In this document: one piece after another, positions 9,369 to 19,056 of the stretch
Layout: each line of letters opens with the position of its first letter
Numbering within the stretch: position 1 is the first letter of the stretch
Assembly (NCBI GenBank): GCA_963554175.1
Contig: CAUVQU010000002.1
Location: forward strand, 10,714 to 74,713
DNA from: an uncultured Candidatus Saccharibacteria bacterium
Lineage (GTDB): Bacteria; Patescibacteriota; Saccharimonadia; Saccharimonadales; Saccharimonadaceae
Direction: 5' to 3'
DNA: 64,000 bases
Made by a program: the position numbers and the translations under genes
The notes under the pieces: generated by a model
Seen by the model: only the letters and a program-made list of their open reading frames with translations
Databases searched by the model: none
Told to the model about the DNA's origin: nothing

Positions 9369-10196
9369 TTATAAATTTTTAACTAGTTTAGATTTATTAC
9401 CAATGGTTTTGATCTTTGAATCAAACGGGGCATAATAAGGGGTGGTCATCATCGATGAGTTAGTTAAGAGAATTTGAGATGGAAAATAGAAAAGCCAGCA
9501 AATAAAATTAGCTGGGGCAAAAAGAAACTCTGGAAGTATGTGGATGCGAGCAAAATACGAAATCATAACCGTTAAATCACAACAAATAAAGAGGGCGAAG
9601 CCAAAGAAATTACAGAGAGCCGCACGACGATATTTTGGTGATTCCCTTTTAATCCAACGGTGGGCGAGAATAAGGTTGAGAAATAAGGTGTTTGCGTAAA
9701 TAAAGGCGACACCATAGAGCGGCTCGGTGAAGGTGGCCCTAGTAAAGGAGAGGATAAGAAGATTAATGATTGACCAAAGAATAAATAATTTTGGATTGAG
9801 GCTTGCATAGCGTGAGATATGAAGATATTGGGCAAGGCAGAAAATGATGACGCCGATGGGTGAAATATTGTTATATAGTAGGATGATGTCTGCAAGAAAA
9901 GTAAATAGAAGAGCAAAACGAAGGAGGTAATCTTTTGGTGCGAAAAAGGACGCGTAGAGAAAACAAGTGAAGATAGTACAGACTTTAACAAGGCTGGCGG
10001 TATCAAGTAGCAGGCGCGGAATAAGGCGCTCACCAAAGATGAGTGCGAGTAGGTCAATGGTGAAAAAATAGATAAACATAAGAGACCAGAGAGTAATCCA
10101 GAAGGCTAGACTAGAAAATAATCGTAGATGAAAGGAGAGGTGTGTCGGAGTTTTGCGACGAGCGACGAGTCGTGCTTTTGATTTATGTTTTAGCAT
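9369..10196 (-). CDS. Polytopic membrane protein (possibly YhhN-like)
   Basis: 275 aa, about 8 hydrophobic helices. The YhhN assignment rests only on size and topology. Confidence 0.4.
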   Translation of the reverse strand: MLKHKSKARLVARRKTPTHLSFHLRLFSSLAFWITLWSLMFIYFFTIDLLALIFGERLIPRLLLDTASLVKVCTIFTCFLYASFFAPKDYLLRFALLFTFLADIILLYNNISPIGVIIFCLAQYLHISRYASLNPKLFILWSIINLLILSFTRATFTEPLYGVAFIYANTLFLNLILAHRWIKRESPKYRRAALCNFFGFALFICCDLTVMISYFARIHILPEFLFAPANFICWLFYFPSQILLTNSSMMTTPYYAPFDSKIKTIGNKSKLVKNL

Positions 10197-10273
10197 AAGA
10201 ATTATTTTAAGTATAGCGGATTTATAGAGAAAAGCATAGTATGAAGGACTGGATATGTTATAATAATGATATT

Positions 10274-10348
10274 AGGGGCGTAGTACAACGGTTAGTATAG
10301 CGGTCTCCAAAACCGTAGATCATGGTTCGATTCCGTGCGCCCCTGCCA
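10274..10348 (+). tRNA. tRNA-Trp (anticodon CCA), CCA end encoded
   Basis: Cloverleaf folded by hand. Acceptor AGGGGCG/CGCCCCT, D stem GTAC/GTAT, anticodon stem GCGGT/ACCGT with loop CTCCAAA, T stem CATGG/CCGTG with loop TTCGATT, discriminator G plus CCA. Confidence 0.9.
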
Positions 10349-10362
10349 AAATGGAATATAAA

Positions 10363-10386
10363 ACTCGACTTGGTCGAGTATTTTTA
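10363..10386 (+). terminator. Intrinsic terminator after tRNA-Trp
   Basis: Stem actcgac / gtcgagt followed by attttta. Confidence 0.55.
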
Positions 10387-10462
10387 TGGTCATTTTTCTT
10401 GGGTGGTTAGTTTTTTGTTGTATTTTTAAATTAATTTTTTTTGAAGCTATAGGTAATAACTT

Positions 10463-11695
10463 TTATGGATGAAGATTTTGGCGATATTTTTTGTAATAGT
10501 AGAGCCGAATGCAGAAAAGTATGATTTCAGTAATCACGCGAGTAATGGCGACGGAATATAAATTGAGATTACTAGAAAGATATAGAAGAATAAGTGAGAC
10601 GAAATTAAAGACCGTGGAAATAATGGTGGAGAGGGTGACTTTATTTTGTTGATTGATGACTCCAAGTGTAGGCCAGCCAAGTAATGTGTTGATAAAACTA
10701 AAAAAGATAGTGATGGCAAGGATTTGTATGATAGGGTGGGCGGCTGCGTATTTATCGCCAGCAAGCACCTGAAGGACAAGGGGGAGTAGAATGATAATGA
10801 GACCTGTAAAGAGAAAAACAAGTGGGATGGTTTTTTGGAAAATTTGTTGAATAAACTTTCGGCTTTTTTGGCGTACCATAATGGGGTAAATGCCGCTGGA
10901 GAGCTGGCCCAACAAGGCTTGAATAGCGCCAATAATTTGAATAGAAACGCCGAAGAGTGCTACTTCGGTTGAAGAAAAAACTAAGCCAATAATGATTGTA
11001 CTGATAGCGTTAAAAGCCGTTGCGGAGACGTCGGAGAGAAAATATATTAGACTAATTTTTAGACTATAGATACTAGATTTTAATTTTGGGCGAATCAGTC
11101 TGAAGCTTCTTTTTTGAAGCTCAAAAGCGACTAGGATGATGGCGATGACTGAGGAGAGGATATCAAATAGTGGAATTAATATAATTTGATGATCTTGTCT
11201 GACAAAGAAAATTGTTAAGAGGAAGGAGATTGTCTTCATGATAATGAATCGAATTGTCATGACATGAATAATTTCGAGTCCGCGAAACAGAAAATCGAAG
11301 AGGAAGATTGAGAGAAAGACGGTTAGATAGGATGTGATGGTGAATAGAAAATTATGGCCCAGTATGGGAAAGAAAAAGCTGAGAATGATTATTAGGAGGA
11401 ACCCAATTCCACCAAGAAGAAGACGGGCCAGAAGGGTGTCGGCCATGATTTGTTGGATTTTATTTGTGTCATTCTTGATTTTGGCAATTTCTTTAGTAGC
11501 AGAGAGCATGAAACCGAAATCCAAAAAGATTTGTAAAAAATTCATGACGGTTTTGATAAAGGTCAGGTTGCCGTAGGTTTCAACCGAGAGTCGGCGAGTA
11601 AGAATGGGGAGGATGAGGAATGGAAAAACCATTTTGGCTAGTTGGAAGATGGCAAGCCAAAAGGTGTTTTTCTTTACTTGGCTGAGTTTAATCAT
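10463..11695 (-). CDS. Polysaccharide flippase (Wzx / MOP superfamily-like)
   Basis: 410 aa, about 12 TM helices, located in a glycosyltransferase cluster. Confidence 0.6.
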   Translation of the reverse strand: MIKLSQVKKNTFWLAIFQLAKMVFPFLILPILTRRLSVETYGNLTFIKTVMNFLQIFLDFGFMLSATKEIAKIKNDTNKIQQIMADTLLARLLLGGIGFLLIIILSFFFPILGHNFLFTITSYLTVFLSIFLFDFLFRGLEIIHVMTIRFIIMKTISFLLTIFFVRQDHQIILIPLFDILSSVIAIILVAFELQKRSFRLIRPKLKSSIYSLKISLIYFLSDVSATAFNAISTIIIGLVFSSTEVALFGVSIQIIGAIQALLGQLSSGIYPIMVRQKSRKFIQQIFQKTIPLVFLFTGLIIILLPLVLQVLAGDKYAAAHPIIQILAITIFFSFINTLLGWPTLGVINQQNKVTLSTIISTVFNFVSLILLYLSSNLNLYSVAITRVITEIILFCIRLYYYKKYRQNLHP

Positions 11696-13073
11696 TGTTC
11701 CCTTTTTTAGTGACTAGCATGGAGGCAATGAAGAGCCAGATTGCATAAAAGCTGAGTGACTCGAACTGAAGGTAAAGATAGAAGATAATGAGAAGGTAGT
11801 GATAGCGAAAGGCGAGTCTGGAATTTTTAGCAAGATATATTAGATAAAAGATAAAGAGAAAAAGAGCTATGATGCCAAATTCACTAATTATACGTGTATA
11901 TAGGCAGTATGAAACACTATCGTCATGATAATTTGGATTTTCTAGATCGTTGACTTCTTTTAAATAGGTGCTTTTATAGTCTTTTTTTGCTTGAGCATGA
12001 CCGAGATGGACGGGATAGATAGAGTTACCAAGGCCAAAACCAGTAAAAAATCCGAGTGGAGACTTGGTGTAACCGAAGAGACTAGCCTTAATCCGAAAAA
12101 CACGGCTAGCGAATGAACCATCTGAATTAACTCCAGATTGCCTAGCTAGGAGGAGACATTCTTCGGTATTTTGATTTTTTTCTAAAGTACAATCGATGGT
12201 GGTCTCAGGGTTAGCCCCAAGAAAACCAAAGAAGATTTTATGAAAACGTCCGTTAACGGCTGAAATAGTTGTAAGAAAAATGAGAAAGGCCACAAAAGTG
12301 AGGGGGAGAAAAAGTTTTTCTTTAATCTTGGGTAGATAGAGCGCCGCGAGGATGACTAAAATGATTAAAATATCAAGGATAATGCGAACGCCGGCACCAA
12401 AAAGGATGGCGGAATAAGCGTATAGGACAATTAAAAATAATAAATCTTTACGACGAGTCAGCCAAAAGAGGGGGAGTAAAATGCCAAACAGATGCATGCC
12501 GATAAATGAGGGTTCGGTGAAGAAAAATTGCACGCGGTTTTTGGCAAGATAGTTGCGTTTGAAGATTAAATTAAAAAGATCTGTGACTAACGTTAGGTGA
12601 TATTTAATGGCAAAATATTCGAGCAGGCCGATAATGAGACTAGCGAGATAAGTAATAATAATGATAGAGGCAAGACGATTAAGTTGTTTTTTGAGATCCG
12701 ATTTTTTGTGTTTTGCATAAAATTCAAGAAAACTAGTGAGACAGGCGAGCCCTAAATTAATTGGGATATAGGCAGATAGATAATCATCTATCCGACCTTT
12801 ATAGAATAGACAGGTGATGGTTCCCAGGATAGTGAAGCTAGTAAAAAAAAGAAGGATGGGGCGTAGCTTAGGGAAAAATGATTTTAAATAATAAAGGTTT
12901 AAGATGGCGTAGAGGAAAAGAATGAGTGGCGTAATGGTGGCCCAACCGTTGGAGGGGGCAAAGATGAAGTTTTCAAAAGGTAATGTGGCGGCAGCGAGAT
13001 AAAAAAGAAAGTCAGAATTAAGGCTGGCAAGTTTTTTCAAAACATATTCGGTAATATGTAGAATTGACTTCAC
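11688..13073 (-). CDS. O-antigen polymerase/ligase-like (Wzy-type) membrane protein
   Basis: 461 aa, at least 10 TM helices with a large loop. Its stop overlaps the start of the flippase gene. Confidence 0.5.
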   Translation of the reverse strand: MKSILHITEYVLKKLASLNSDFLFYLAAATLPFENFIFAPSNGWATITPLILFLYAILNLYYLKSFFPKLRPILLFFTSFTILGTITCLFYKGRIDDYLSAYIPINLGLACLTSFLEFYAKHKKSDLKKQLNRLASIIIITYLASLIIGLLEYFAIKYHLTLVTDLFNLIFKRNYLAKNRVQFFFTEPSFIGMHLFGILLPLFWLTRRKDLLFLIVLYAYSAILFGAGVRIILDILIILVILAALYLPKIKEKLFLPLTFVAFLIFLTTISAVNGRFHKIFFGFLGANPETTIDCTLEKNQNTEECLLLARQSGVNSDGSFASRVFRIKASLFGYTKSPLGFFTGFGLGNSIYPVHLGHAQAKKDYKSTYLKEVNDLENPNYHDDSVSYCLYTRIISEFGIIALFLFIFYLIYLAKNSRLAFRYHYLLIIFYLYLQFESLSFYAIWLFIASMLVTKKGNND

Positions 13074-13105
13074 AGGTATATTTTACTTGATATCTTGAGA
13101 TTTGA

Positions 13106-14191
13106 CTACTTGGATGTGTTTTGTTTTGCGCGGAGTCGACCGATTAGCTGGAGAATCAAGAAAAGGCGGAACTTAAAACAAAATAAAATAAAGGCTTTTG
13201 GCGGTGAGAAGAATCGTAGTGGCGCAAGGTAGATGGCGCGATAAAAAAGAGGAATATTGTATAGGGCTCGGAGGGTTTTTCTTGGATGCTGATTCTGCGG
13301 ATGGCAACAAAAATTCACTAGGATAAAGAAGAGGTGTGTGGCAATAAAAGCCTGAAGTGATTTTTCGAGGCGTGGAAAAAGATCGGGATACTGAAAATGA
13401 AGATAGGTACTAATTTTTTGCAAGGCATGGTGATAATTCTCTGCGTAATCTTTGGTAAAGGTGCGGACGGTAGAGTGTGGGTGAACTTGATAGATATATA
13501 GAGGTTTTTCTAAGATTCCCACTTGGTCGAAGTTTTTTAGAATTGTAAAATTATACAGAGCATCTTCGGCTACTTTAAGATCTGGGTCAAAAAGAGTAGT
13601 TTTTAGGCTATGATGAAAAAGCTTCATATGACAGAAATTATATCCAGTTTCGAGATCAAGTAGTTTTTTGAGGAAGTCGGAAGTGGGGATGATTTTATAG
13701 GGGAAACTTGACGATAAAGGAAGGGTTGTTTTTTCTGTGAGAGGTGGTTTTTGATCTGAGGAATAAATGTGGCGTTGGTAAGTGGAGCTGACATACTTTA
13801 GCCGATGTTCAGTCGCGAAAAGATAAAGATCGGAAATAAAAGTGGGGGTAAGTAAGTCGTCGGCGTCAAGAAAACAAAAATATTTACCAGAAAACTCTCT
13901 TAGTCCGTGATTACGGGTGCGACTGACTCCTTGATGAGGGAGATTAAAGAAACGAATATGACGGTTATTTTTTGTATGATTTTTATTTTTAGTATTTTGA
14001 TATTTTGTAATATATGACTCACAAATCTGTTTTGATTGATCGGTTGAACCGTCGTTTAGAAGAAGGATTTCAAGGTTAGGATAGTCTTGACTCAGGACGG
14101 AGTCGATGGTTTGCGGGAGAAAGGAGGCTGCATTATAGATGGGGATAATGACGGAGATGAGTGGATGCGAGATTACTTGTTGATTCTGCAT
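13106..14191 (-). CDS. Glycosyltransferase family 2
   Basis: ISVIIPIYNAASFL, LLNDGSTDQS, FLDADD. Confidence 0.8.
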   Translation of the reverse strand: MQNQQVISHPLISVIIPIYNAASFLPQTIDSVLSQDYPNLEILLLNDGSTDQSKQICESYITKYQNTKNKNHTKNNRHIRFFNLPHQGVSRTRNHGLREFSGKYFCFLDADDLLTPTFISDLYLFATEHRLKYVSSTYQRHIYSSDQKPPLTEKTTLPLSSSFPYKIIPTSDFLKKLLDLETGYNFCHMKLFHHSLKTTLFDPDLKVAEDALYNFTILKNFDQVGILEKPLYIYQVHPHSTVRTFTKDYAENYHHALQKISTYLHFQYPDLFPRLEKSLQAFIATHLFFILVNFCCHPQNQHPRKTLRALYNIPLFYRAIYLAPLRFFSPPKAFILFCFKFRLFLILQLIGRLRAKQNTSK

Positions 14192-14196
14192 AATAT

Positions 14197-15060
14197 CTAA
14201 CAGCTTTTATGATATTTTTTGCCAAAGAATTTGGCAAGCAAGAAGCTAGTGATTTTGTTGCACCAGTTGACGGGTTCAGTTTCAATAATCTTGAGTTCTA
14301 AAATATTGGTTTTTTGGTCGAGGTCGGGATATTTAGTATAGAGAAAGACGTCAAGAAGAAGCTCTGAGATACGACCAAAAAATCTAGCGTGAAACTCATC
14401 ATGTTGATTGATCTCAGCTTTGGTAAGGGTTTTTTCAAGATTCATGAGGACATCGAAGAGAAAATTACAGTATTCATTAAAAATTTCTTTGCGCATAATA
14501 AAAATATTAAACATATGCGCGGAGCGACGGATTTTGAGTCGATCAAACTCGGAGAGATATTCTGGATGGCGATCTTGGATAATTTGACGAGTTTTATCAA
14601 GCGGCCCAATATGTAAGGTGTGAGCGTAGTGACTATATAGACTTTCAATGTAGTACTTACGTTTTTTCGGGAGAATTATATCATATTTGATATTTTTACC
14701 TGGCTCACAGAGAAGAGACTTTAGATAATCTTTGGTGAGTATTTCTTTGTGATTTATTTTTGACAGAAAACGGCGGTAATGAACAAGACCGTAGAATGAA
14801 TTTGGAGCTTGGTCTTTTATCGCTTGGTTTTGCCAAAGCCAATAGAGGCCAGTGAGCTCGGAATAGTTATGATTTTTTTTGGAAATATTCTTGCCAGTGT
14901 TATCAAAAGAGAAGCTGTCAGGTAATTTTATGTCTGAATGTTCGGCTTGAAAAAAATGCGAGCCAACTAATAACGGCCGGTATAACGGGTCGTCGGGCAT
15001 CGTGTAAAGTTTATGAGTTGCAACGATAACCTCCAAGGTTGGGTCGGTTCCCTTTTTCAT
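14197..15060 (-). CDS. DUF4422-type putative glycosyltransferase
   Basis: N-terminal EVIVATHKLYTMPDDPLYRPLLVGS pattern and the size are typical of DUF4422. Assignment is from memory. Confidence 0.55.
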   Translation of the reverse strand: MKKGTDPTLEVIVATHKLYTMPDDPLYRPLLVGSHFFQAEHSDIKLPDSFSFDNTGKNISKKNHNYSELTGLYWLWQNQAIKDQAPNSFYGLVHYRRFLSKINHKEILTKDYLKSLLCEPGKNIKYDIILPKKRKYYIESLYSHYAHTLHIGPLDKTRQIIQDRHPEYLSEFDRLKIRRSAHMFNIFIMRKEIFNEYCNFLFDVLMNLEKTLTKAEINQHDEFHARFFGRISELLLDVFLYTKYPDLDQKTNILELKIIETEPVNWCNKITSFLLAKFFGKKYHKSC

Positions 15061-15118
15061 CTCCCCTATTATACCATAGAAAAATCCTCTCTAGATGAGA
15101 GGACTTTCTGAAATTATT

Positions 15119-15328
15119 CTAACGCTTCTTTTCTTTAACTTCGTTGCGACCGAGGTTTTTCTTGGTTTCTACGAAAACAACGTGCTTTCTTAGAATTGGG
15201 TCATATTTTCTCAAGCTGAGCTTGTCAGGGGTATTCATGGTATTCTTCTTAGTGTAATAGGCACGGATACCAGACTCTTCAGATACGAGACCAACGAGTT
15301 TGCGTTTTGTATTACTCTTCTTTGACAT
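15119..15328 (-). CDS. rpmG: 50S ribosomal protein L33
   Basis: [33 protein letters not shown] matches the L33 core (non-zinc type). Confidence 0.8.
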   Translation of the reverse strand: MSKKSNTKRKLVGLVSEESGIRAYYTKKNTMNTPDKLSLRKYDPILRKHVVFVETKKNLGRNEVKEKKR

Positions 15329-15415
15329 AATTACGGCTATTTTATCATGGAAATTAGGTTTTGTAAACTAAGTGAAGAAAAGAACTCTAGGGAAATAATG
15401 GAGAGAGGTTGGTTA

Positions 15416-15682
15416 CTAATCGGTTGGATCGAAATCTTCGGTTTGACTATCTGAATAATCAATGAATGGTTCTAATCGTTGAGTGTTTAAATCGTCAAAC
15501 TTTTGTTCAATTTGGGTCTCATAAGCATTGAGCGATTTAAAGGGCATAAATTGAGCGGCACGCTTAGAGTGACTAAGTGGGGGATGCGTGGGATCTTTGA
15601 AATGAGGAAGATAGAGAATATCTTGATAAGGATTTTTAAAAAGTTCTGTGCTTGAAGCGGGGTTTTGCTGATTAGCCGGCAC
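15416..15682 (-). CDS. Small accessory protein of the Y-family polymerase (YolD-like?)
   Basis: 88 aa. Start overlaps the polymerase stop by 11 nt. The YolD-like call rests on position and size only. Confidence 0.35.
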   Translation of the reverse strand: MPANQQNPASSTELFKNPYQDILYLPHFKDPTHPPLSHSKRAAQFMPFKSLNAYETQIEQKFDDLNTQRLEPFIDYSDSQTEDFDPTD

Positions 15683-17066
15683 GGTGACCTCCTATTTGTT
15701 GGTTACGTTCACGCATGGTTGCTTCAGGTCGAAAATTCGTACCCAGCATAAGGGCATTTTTACCATAACGTGTTTGGATGTCTAAGGTTGCTTTCTGAAG
15801 GAGAAGAGCTTGTTCGGTTTCTTGTTCGGTTTTTACGGGAGAGTCAAAAAGGTTGAGCTGCGTGGTTTCAGTAGTATTGTTTTGACTAGATAAAATATGA
15901 TTGGCAGTGATGCCGACACGACGAACCATGGCGTGATTTGGCATGATTTTTTGATAGATTTCCAGTGCAGCTTGTGAAATTATTTTTGCACTACTGGTGT
16001 TCTGAGGAAGATTTTTAGAAGCGTGAGCAAATGAAGAACGGCTAGGACCGGAGAAGCCAAGGTCGAGGATAATTTGATCTGTTAAAAGATTTTTTTGGGT
16101 TAAATCGAGAGCAAGGCTGTAGGCCATCTCTTTAATGATGGTGATGGTTTCGGTACGGTTATAAGGGCGGTGTAAAACTTGTCCAGAGCAGAGACAGTGG
16201 TTGGCGGCCTGATAGTTTTTTATATCGGAAATAGTGGTTGGTTCATAGCCCCAAGCGTGGTCGATGAGTAATTCGGCGTTCACACCAAAGACTTTAAAGA
16301 GCTTAGCGGAGGCAGTAAGAGAATATCTGGCGAGATCGCCCATGGTGTAGATACCAAGATTTTGAAGTCGTTTGGAATAGCCTGGGCCAATCCGCCAAAA
16401 GTCGGTGAGTGGAGTGTGCGTCCATAGTTTTTCACGGTAAGAATATTCTGTGAGTTCGGCAATACGTACGCCGTCCGAATCAGGCGGTAAATGTTTGGCG
16501 ACGATATCCATGGCGACTTTTGCGAGATAGAGATTTTCGCCAATACCAACAGTGGCGGTAATACCAGTGTGCCCTAGAACATCCTTAACGATGGTGCGAG
16601 CGAGTTGATGGGCGGTCATCTGATAGGTCTGAAGGTAACTGGTAACATCAAGGAAGGCCTCATCGATAGAATAAATGTGAATATCAGTGGGAGCAAGATA
16701 CTCTGCATAGATACCAAAAATAGAGGCGCTTACGTCAATATATTTTTGCATTCTGGGAGGGGCGATGATAAAAGAGCCTCTAGGTACTTTTTTATAGACC
16801 TGAAAAAGACGATCACGGCCGCCAACGCCAAGAGCTTTAAGGGCGGGAGAAACGGCAAGGCAGACTGTTTTGTCGGTACGGGTAATATCGGCAACCACTA
16901 ATTTGGTGGTTAGGGGGTCGAGACCGCGATCTACGCATTCGACTGAGGCATAAAAAGATTTAAGATCAATCGCAATGTAAGTGCGAGAGTTGGTGTTTGC
17001 CGAGTCTTGTTTTGGTAGAGTTTGATCAAGCATTGATAAAATAATTCCCTGTGGATATTTAAACAT
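15672..17066 (-). CDS. Y-family DNA polymerase (UmuC/ImpB/YqjW-like)
   Basis: YIAIDLKSFYASVECV, SIDEAFLDVTSY, and little-finger region. Confidence 0.85.
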   Translation of the reverse strand: MFKYPQGIILSMLDQTLPKQDSANTNSRTYIAIDLKSFYASVECVDRGLDPLTTKLVVADITRTDKTVCLAVSPALKALGVGGRDRLFQVYKKVPRGSFIIAPPRMQKYIDVSASIFGIYAEYLAPTDIHIYSIDEAFLDVTSYLQTYQMTAHQLARTIVKDVLGHTGITATVGIGENLYLAKVAMDIVAKHLPPDSDGVRIAELTEYSYREKLWTHTPLTDFWRIGPGYSKRLQNLGIYTMGDLARYSLTASAKLFKVFGVNAELLIDHAWGYEPTTISDIKNYQAANHCLCSGQVLHRPYNRTETITIIKEMAYSLALDLTQKNLLTDQIILDLGFSGPSRSSFAHASKNLPQNTSSAKIISQAALEIYQKIMPNHAMVRRVGITANHILSSQNNTTETTQLNLFDSPVKTEQETEQALLLQKATLDIQTRYGKNALMLGTNFRPEATMRERNQQIGGHRAG

Positions 17067-17099
17067 AAAATGTTTGGTTGTGGTATAGGACGGCTATTT

Positions 17100-17127
17100 T
17101 TGACAATATTCAGATTTATATTATAAT
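17100..17127 (+). promoter_or_regulatory. Sigma-70-type promoter of MYG1 paralog 1
   Basis: TTGACA 17100-17105, 16-nt spacer, TATAAT 17122-17127. Confidence 0.5.
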
Positions 17128-17183
17128 ATATCGGTATCTAGAAGCTATAGCTTCAAAAATTGTTCTTTGAAAAGGAGAAGAAA

Positions 17184-18146
17184 ATGAGAAAAATGCACAA
17201 TCGTGTCACTACGGTGACGGACCTTGAGAATGCAAATGTAATCACTAATTCAGGCCGACATCATGCCGGGGATGTTTTTGCGACGGCAATGCTGTCGATG
17301 TTGAAGAAGGTGCGGGTGTTGCGCACTAATGATCAAGTTCTGGTTCAATATGCTAAGAAGAGTGGCCCGAAGGGGCTGGTGATGCTTGGTATTGGGGGAG
17401 AATTCAGAGCAGACAAAAAACGTTTTGATTATCATCAAGAGGGCTTCGAGGAGCACTATAGTGATTTTACAAAGCTCTCAACTGCAGGATTAGTCTGGCG
17501 TCACTATAGTATGGAAATATTGTCCAAGTTTGACTGCCCATTGCAGTTGATTGTGGAAGCCACAATGGATGTGAGCCATGATTTGGTTCATGGTATCGAT
17601 GCGAGAGACCAAGGCTGCTTAGCTAGTGGAATTGAGATGTCGGTATCAGAAGCAATCAATTTATTCAATCCAAACTGGGATGATCAGGACCAGGATCCTG
17701 ACGAAGCCTTCTTAGAGGCAGTTGGTTTTGCGCAAAAAATTCTTGAAAAAGAGATTAGGCGCGTGATTTCCATAGTGAAGGCTAAAAGCAAGATTGAAGA
17801 TATGGTTGCGCATAATGAGGGGGAATTTTTATATTTGCCAATGTATATTGGTGGCTGGGAGGAGTATATACTGAGATCTTTTAATCCGAAGGCGAAAAAG
17901 TTACTATATTGCGTTTTCCCCAATCTTGATGGCGAATGGAGCATACAGGCGGTCTCGGTTTCAAGAGATAATCTGGGATGCAAGAGAAAAAAGTTACCTA
18001 CAGCTTGGTGCGGATTAAAGGAAGCACAGTTGGTAAAGGCGACTGGGGTGGCCGAGGCGATTAATTGCGAAGCTAACGGTGCTTTAGCGCAAGCAAAAAC
18101 TTTGGCAGGAGCATTAACGCTGGTAAAGATTGCAATTTCTTCTTAA
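17184..18146 (+). CDS. MYG1 / UPF0160 family metal-dependent hydrolase, paralog 1
   Basis: SGRHHAGDVFATAML, KRFDYHQ, HGIDARDQG. Start at ATG 17184, which follows AAGGAG. Confidence 0.75.
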   Translation: MRKMHNRVTTVTDLENANVITNSGRHHAGDVFATAMLSMLKKVRVLRTNDQVLVQYAKKSGPKGLVMLGIGGEFRADKKRFDYHQEGFEEHYSDFTKLSTAGLVWRHYSMEILSKFDCPLQLIVEATMDVSHDLVHGIDARDQGCLASGIEMSVSEAINLFNPNWDDQDQDPDEAFLEAVGFAQKILEKEIRRVISIVKAKSKIEDMVAHNEGEFLYLPMYIGGWEEYILRSFNPKAKKLLYCVFPNLDGEWSIQAVSVSRDNLGCKRKKLPTAWCGLKEAQLVKATGVAEAINCEANGALAQAKTLAGALTLVKIAISS

Positions 18147-18195
18147 AAATTTGGCTGGAGTTATCCAGCCTTTTTTAAAGGAAAATAAAATCTAC

Positions 18196-18756
18196 TTATT
18201 TGGTGTGGAGGTTGTTTTTCGGAGCTGATTGATTATCCCTCAGCAACTCTAGGATGCGACATTCACGAATTACCATTTCTTCTTTACATTCAGTAGGCGT
18301 TCCCTGGCAGTTGGCGATAAAGGCTTGATTGGTGGCAATGGCTTCATCGAGACTGACTGTTTTTAAAATAAAATCGGCTTCCTGCTCGTCTTGATCAAGA
18401 TGCTGAGAGTGAATCTGGTCAGTAGTTTGGCAAATATAATAAAAATTTTGTTGAACGAAAATAGTATCTTTCAGGGTACTTGACTTTTGAATCCTCAAGG
18501 CTTCGCCAAATTCTTGAATACTATCTGGGATGACGGTGAGGCCAGTTTCTTCATCAACTTCGCGAATGAGTGTTTCAAGGTGGCTTTCACCTTCTTCGAT
18601 GCCGCCGCCAGGAAGTTTATAGAAATGATATTTTTGACTATAAATAAGAGAAATAAGGTTATCATTACTAATAATAATTCCTCGAACGGAGGGGCGGTAA
18701 GATTTTGGCCAGCTGGGGTCATAGTCTTTTGCATCAATTGTAAAAAGTTGTTTCAT
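18196..18756 (-). CDS. NUDIX hydrolase
   Basis: Nudix box GGGIEEGESHLETLIREVDEETGL. Start chosen at MKQLFT (ATG 18756), which follows AAGGA. Confidence 0.8.
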   Translation of the reverse strand: MKQLFTIDAKDYDPSWPKSYRPSVRGIIISNDNLISLIYSQKYHFYKLPGGGIEEGESHLETLIREVDEETGLTVIPDSIQEFGEALRIQKSSTLKDTIFVQQNFYYICQTTDQIHSQHLDQDEQEADFILKTVSLDEAIATNQAFIANCQGTPTECKEEMVIRECRILELLRDNQSAPKNNLHTK

Positions 18757-18825
18757 AGTTATCCTTGAATAGTTCCGATGGTTTAAATATAGCATAAAAA
18801 GGTTCTAAATGGAAAACGCTTAGCC

Positions 18826-18854
18826 TTGACAGTGCGTAATATATATTATATAGT
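18826..18854 (+). promoter_or_regulatory. Promoter of the 19057 gene
   Basis: TTGACA 18826-18831, 17-nt spacer, TATAGT 18849-18854. About 195-nt leader. Confidence 0.5.
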
Positions 18855-18928
18855 TTTAGGGCTGAACACGAGAGTGGAAGGAGTATTTTAAGAATTTACC
18901 AACGAACTCTTTTTTTCTTATCTTTTAG

Positions 18929-18974
18929 GTAGCGTTAAACTGGTGATTTTATATAATTATCGGTTTGGCGCTGC
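18929..18974 (+). promoter_or_regulatory. Conserved leader hairpin (copy 1)
   Basis: gtagcgttaaac (18929-18940) pairs with gtttggcgctgc (18963-18974): 12 bp including 3 G-U pairs. The core GCGTTAA...TT(A/G)GCGCT is shared with 47461-47513. Confidence 0.45.
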
Positions 18975-19056
18975 TTAAAAGAAGCGGTACTACCAATGTG
19001 AGGAAAAACCTCTTAATCTTATATGGCATTGGGTCCGAAAGGAGAAAGGAAGAAAA

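Noticed and set aside
9572-10932. Track ORFs 9572..10057(-) and 10534..10932(-)
   Set aside because: These are alternative frames inside long polytopic membrane-protein genes, and their products are Ser/Pro/Leu-rich. The longer frames give coherent TM proteins.
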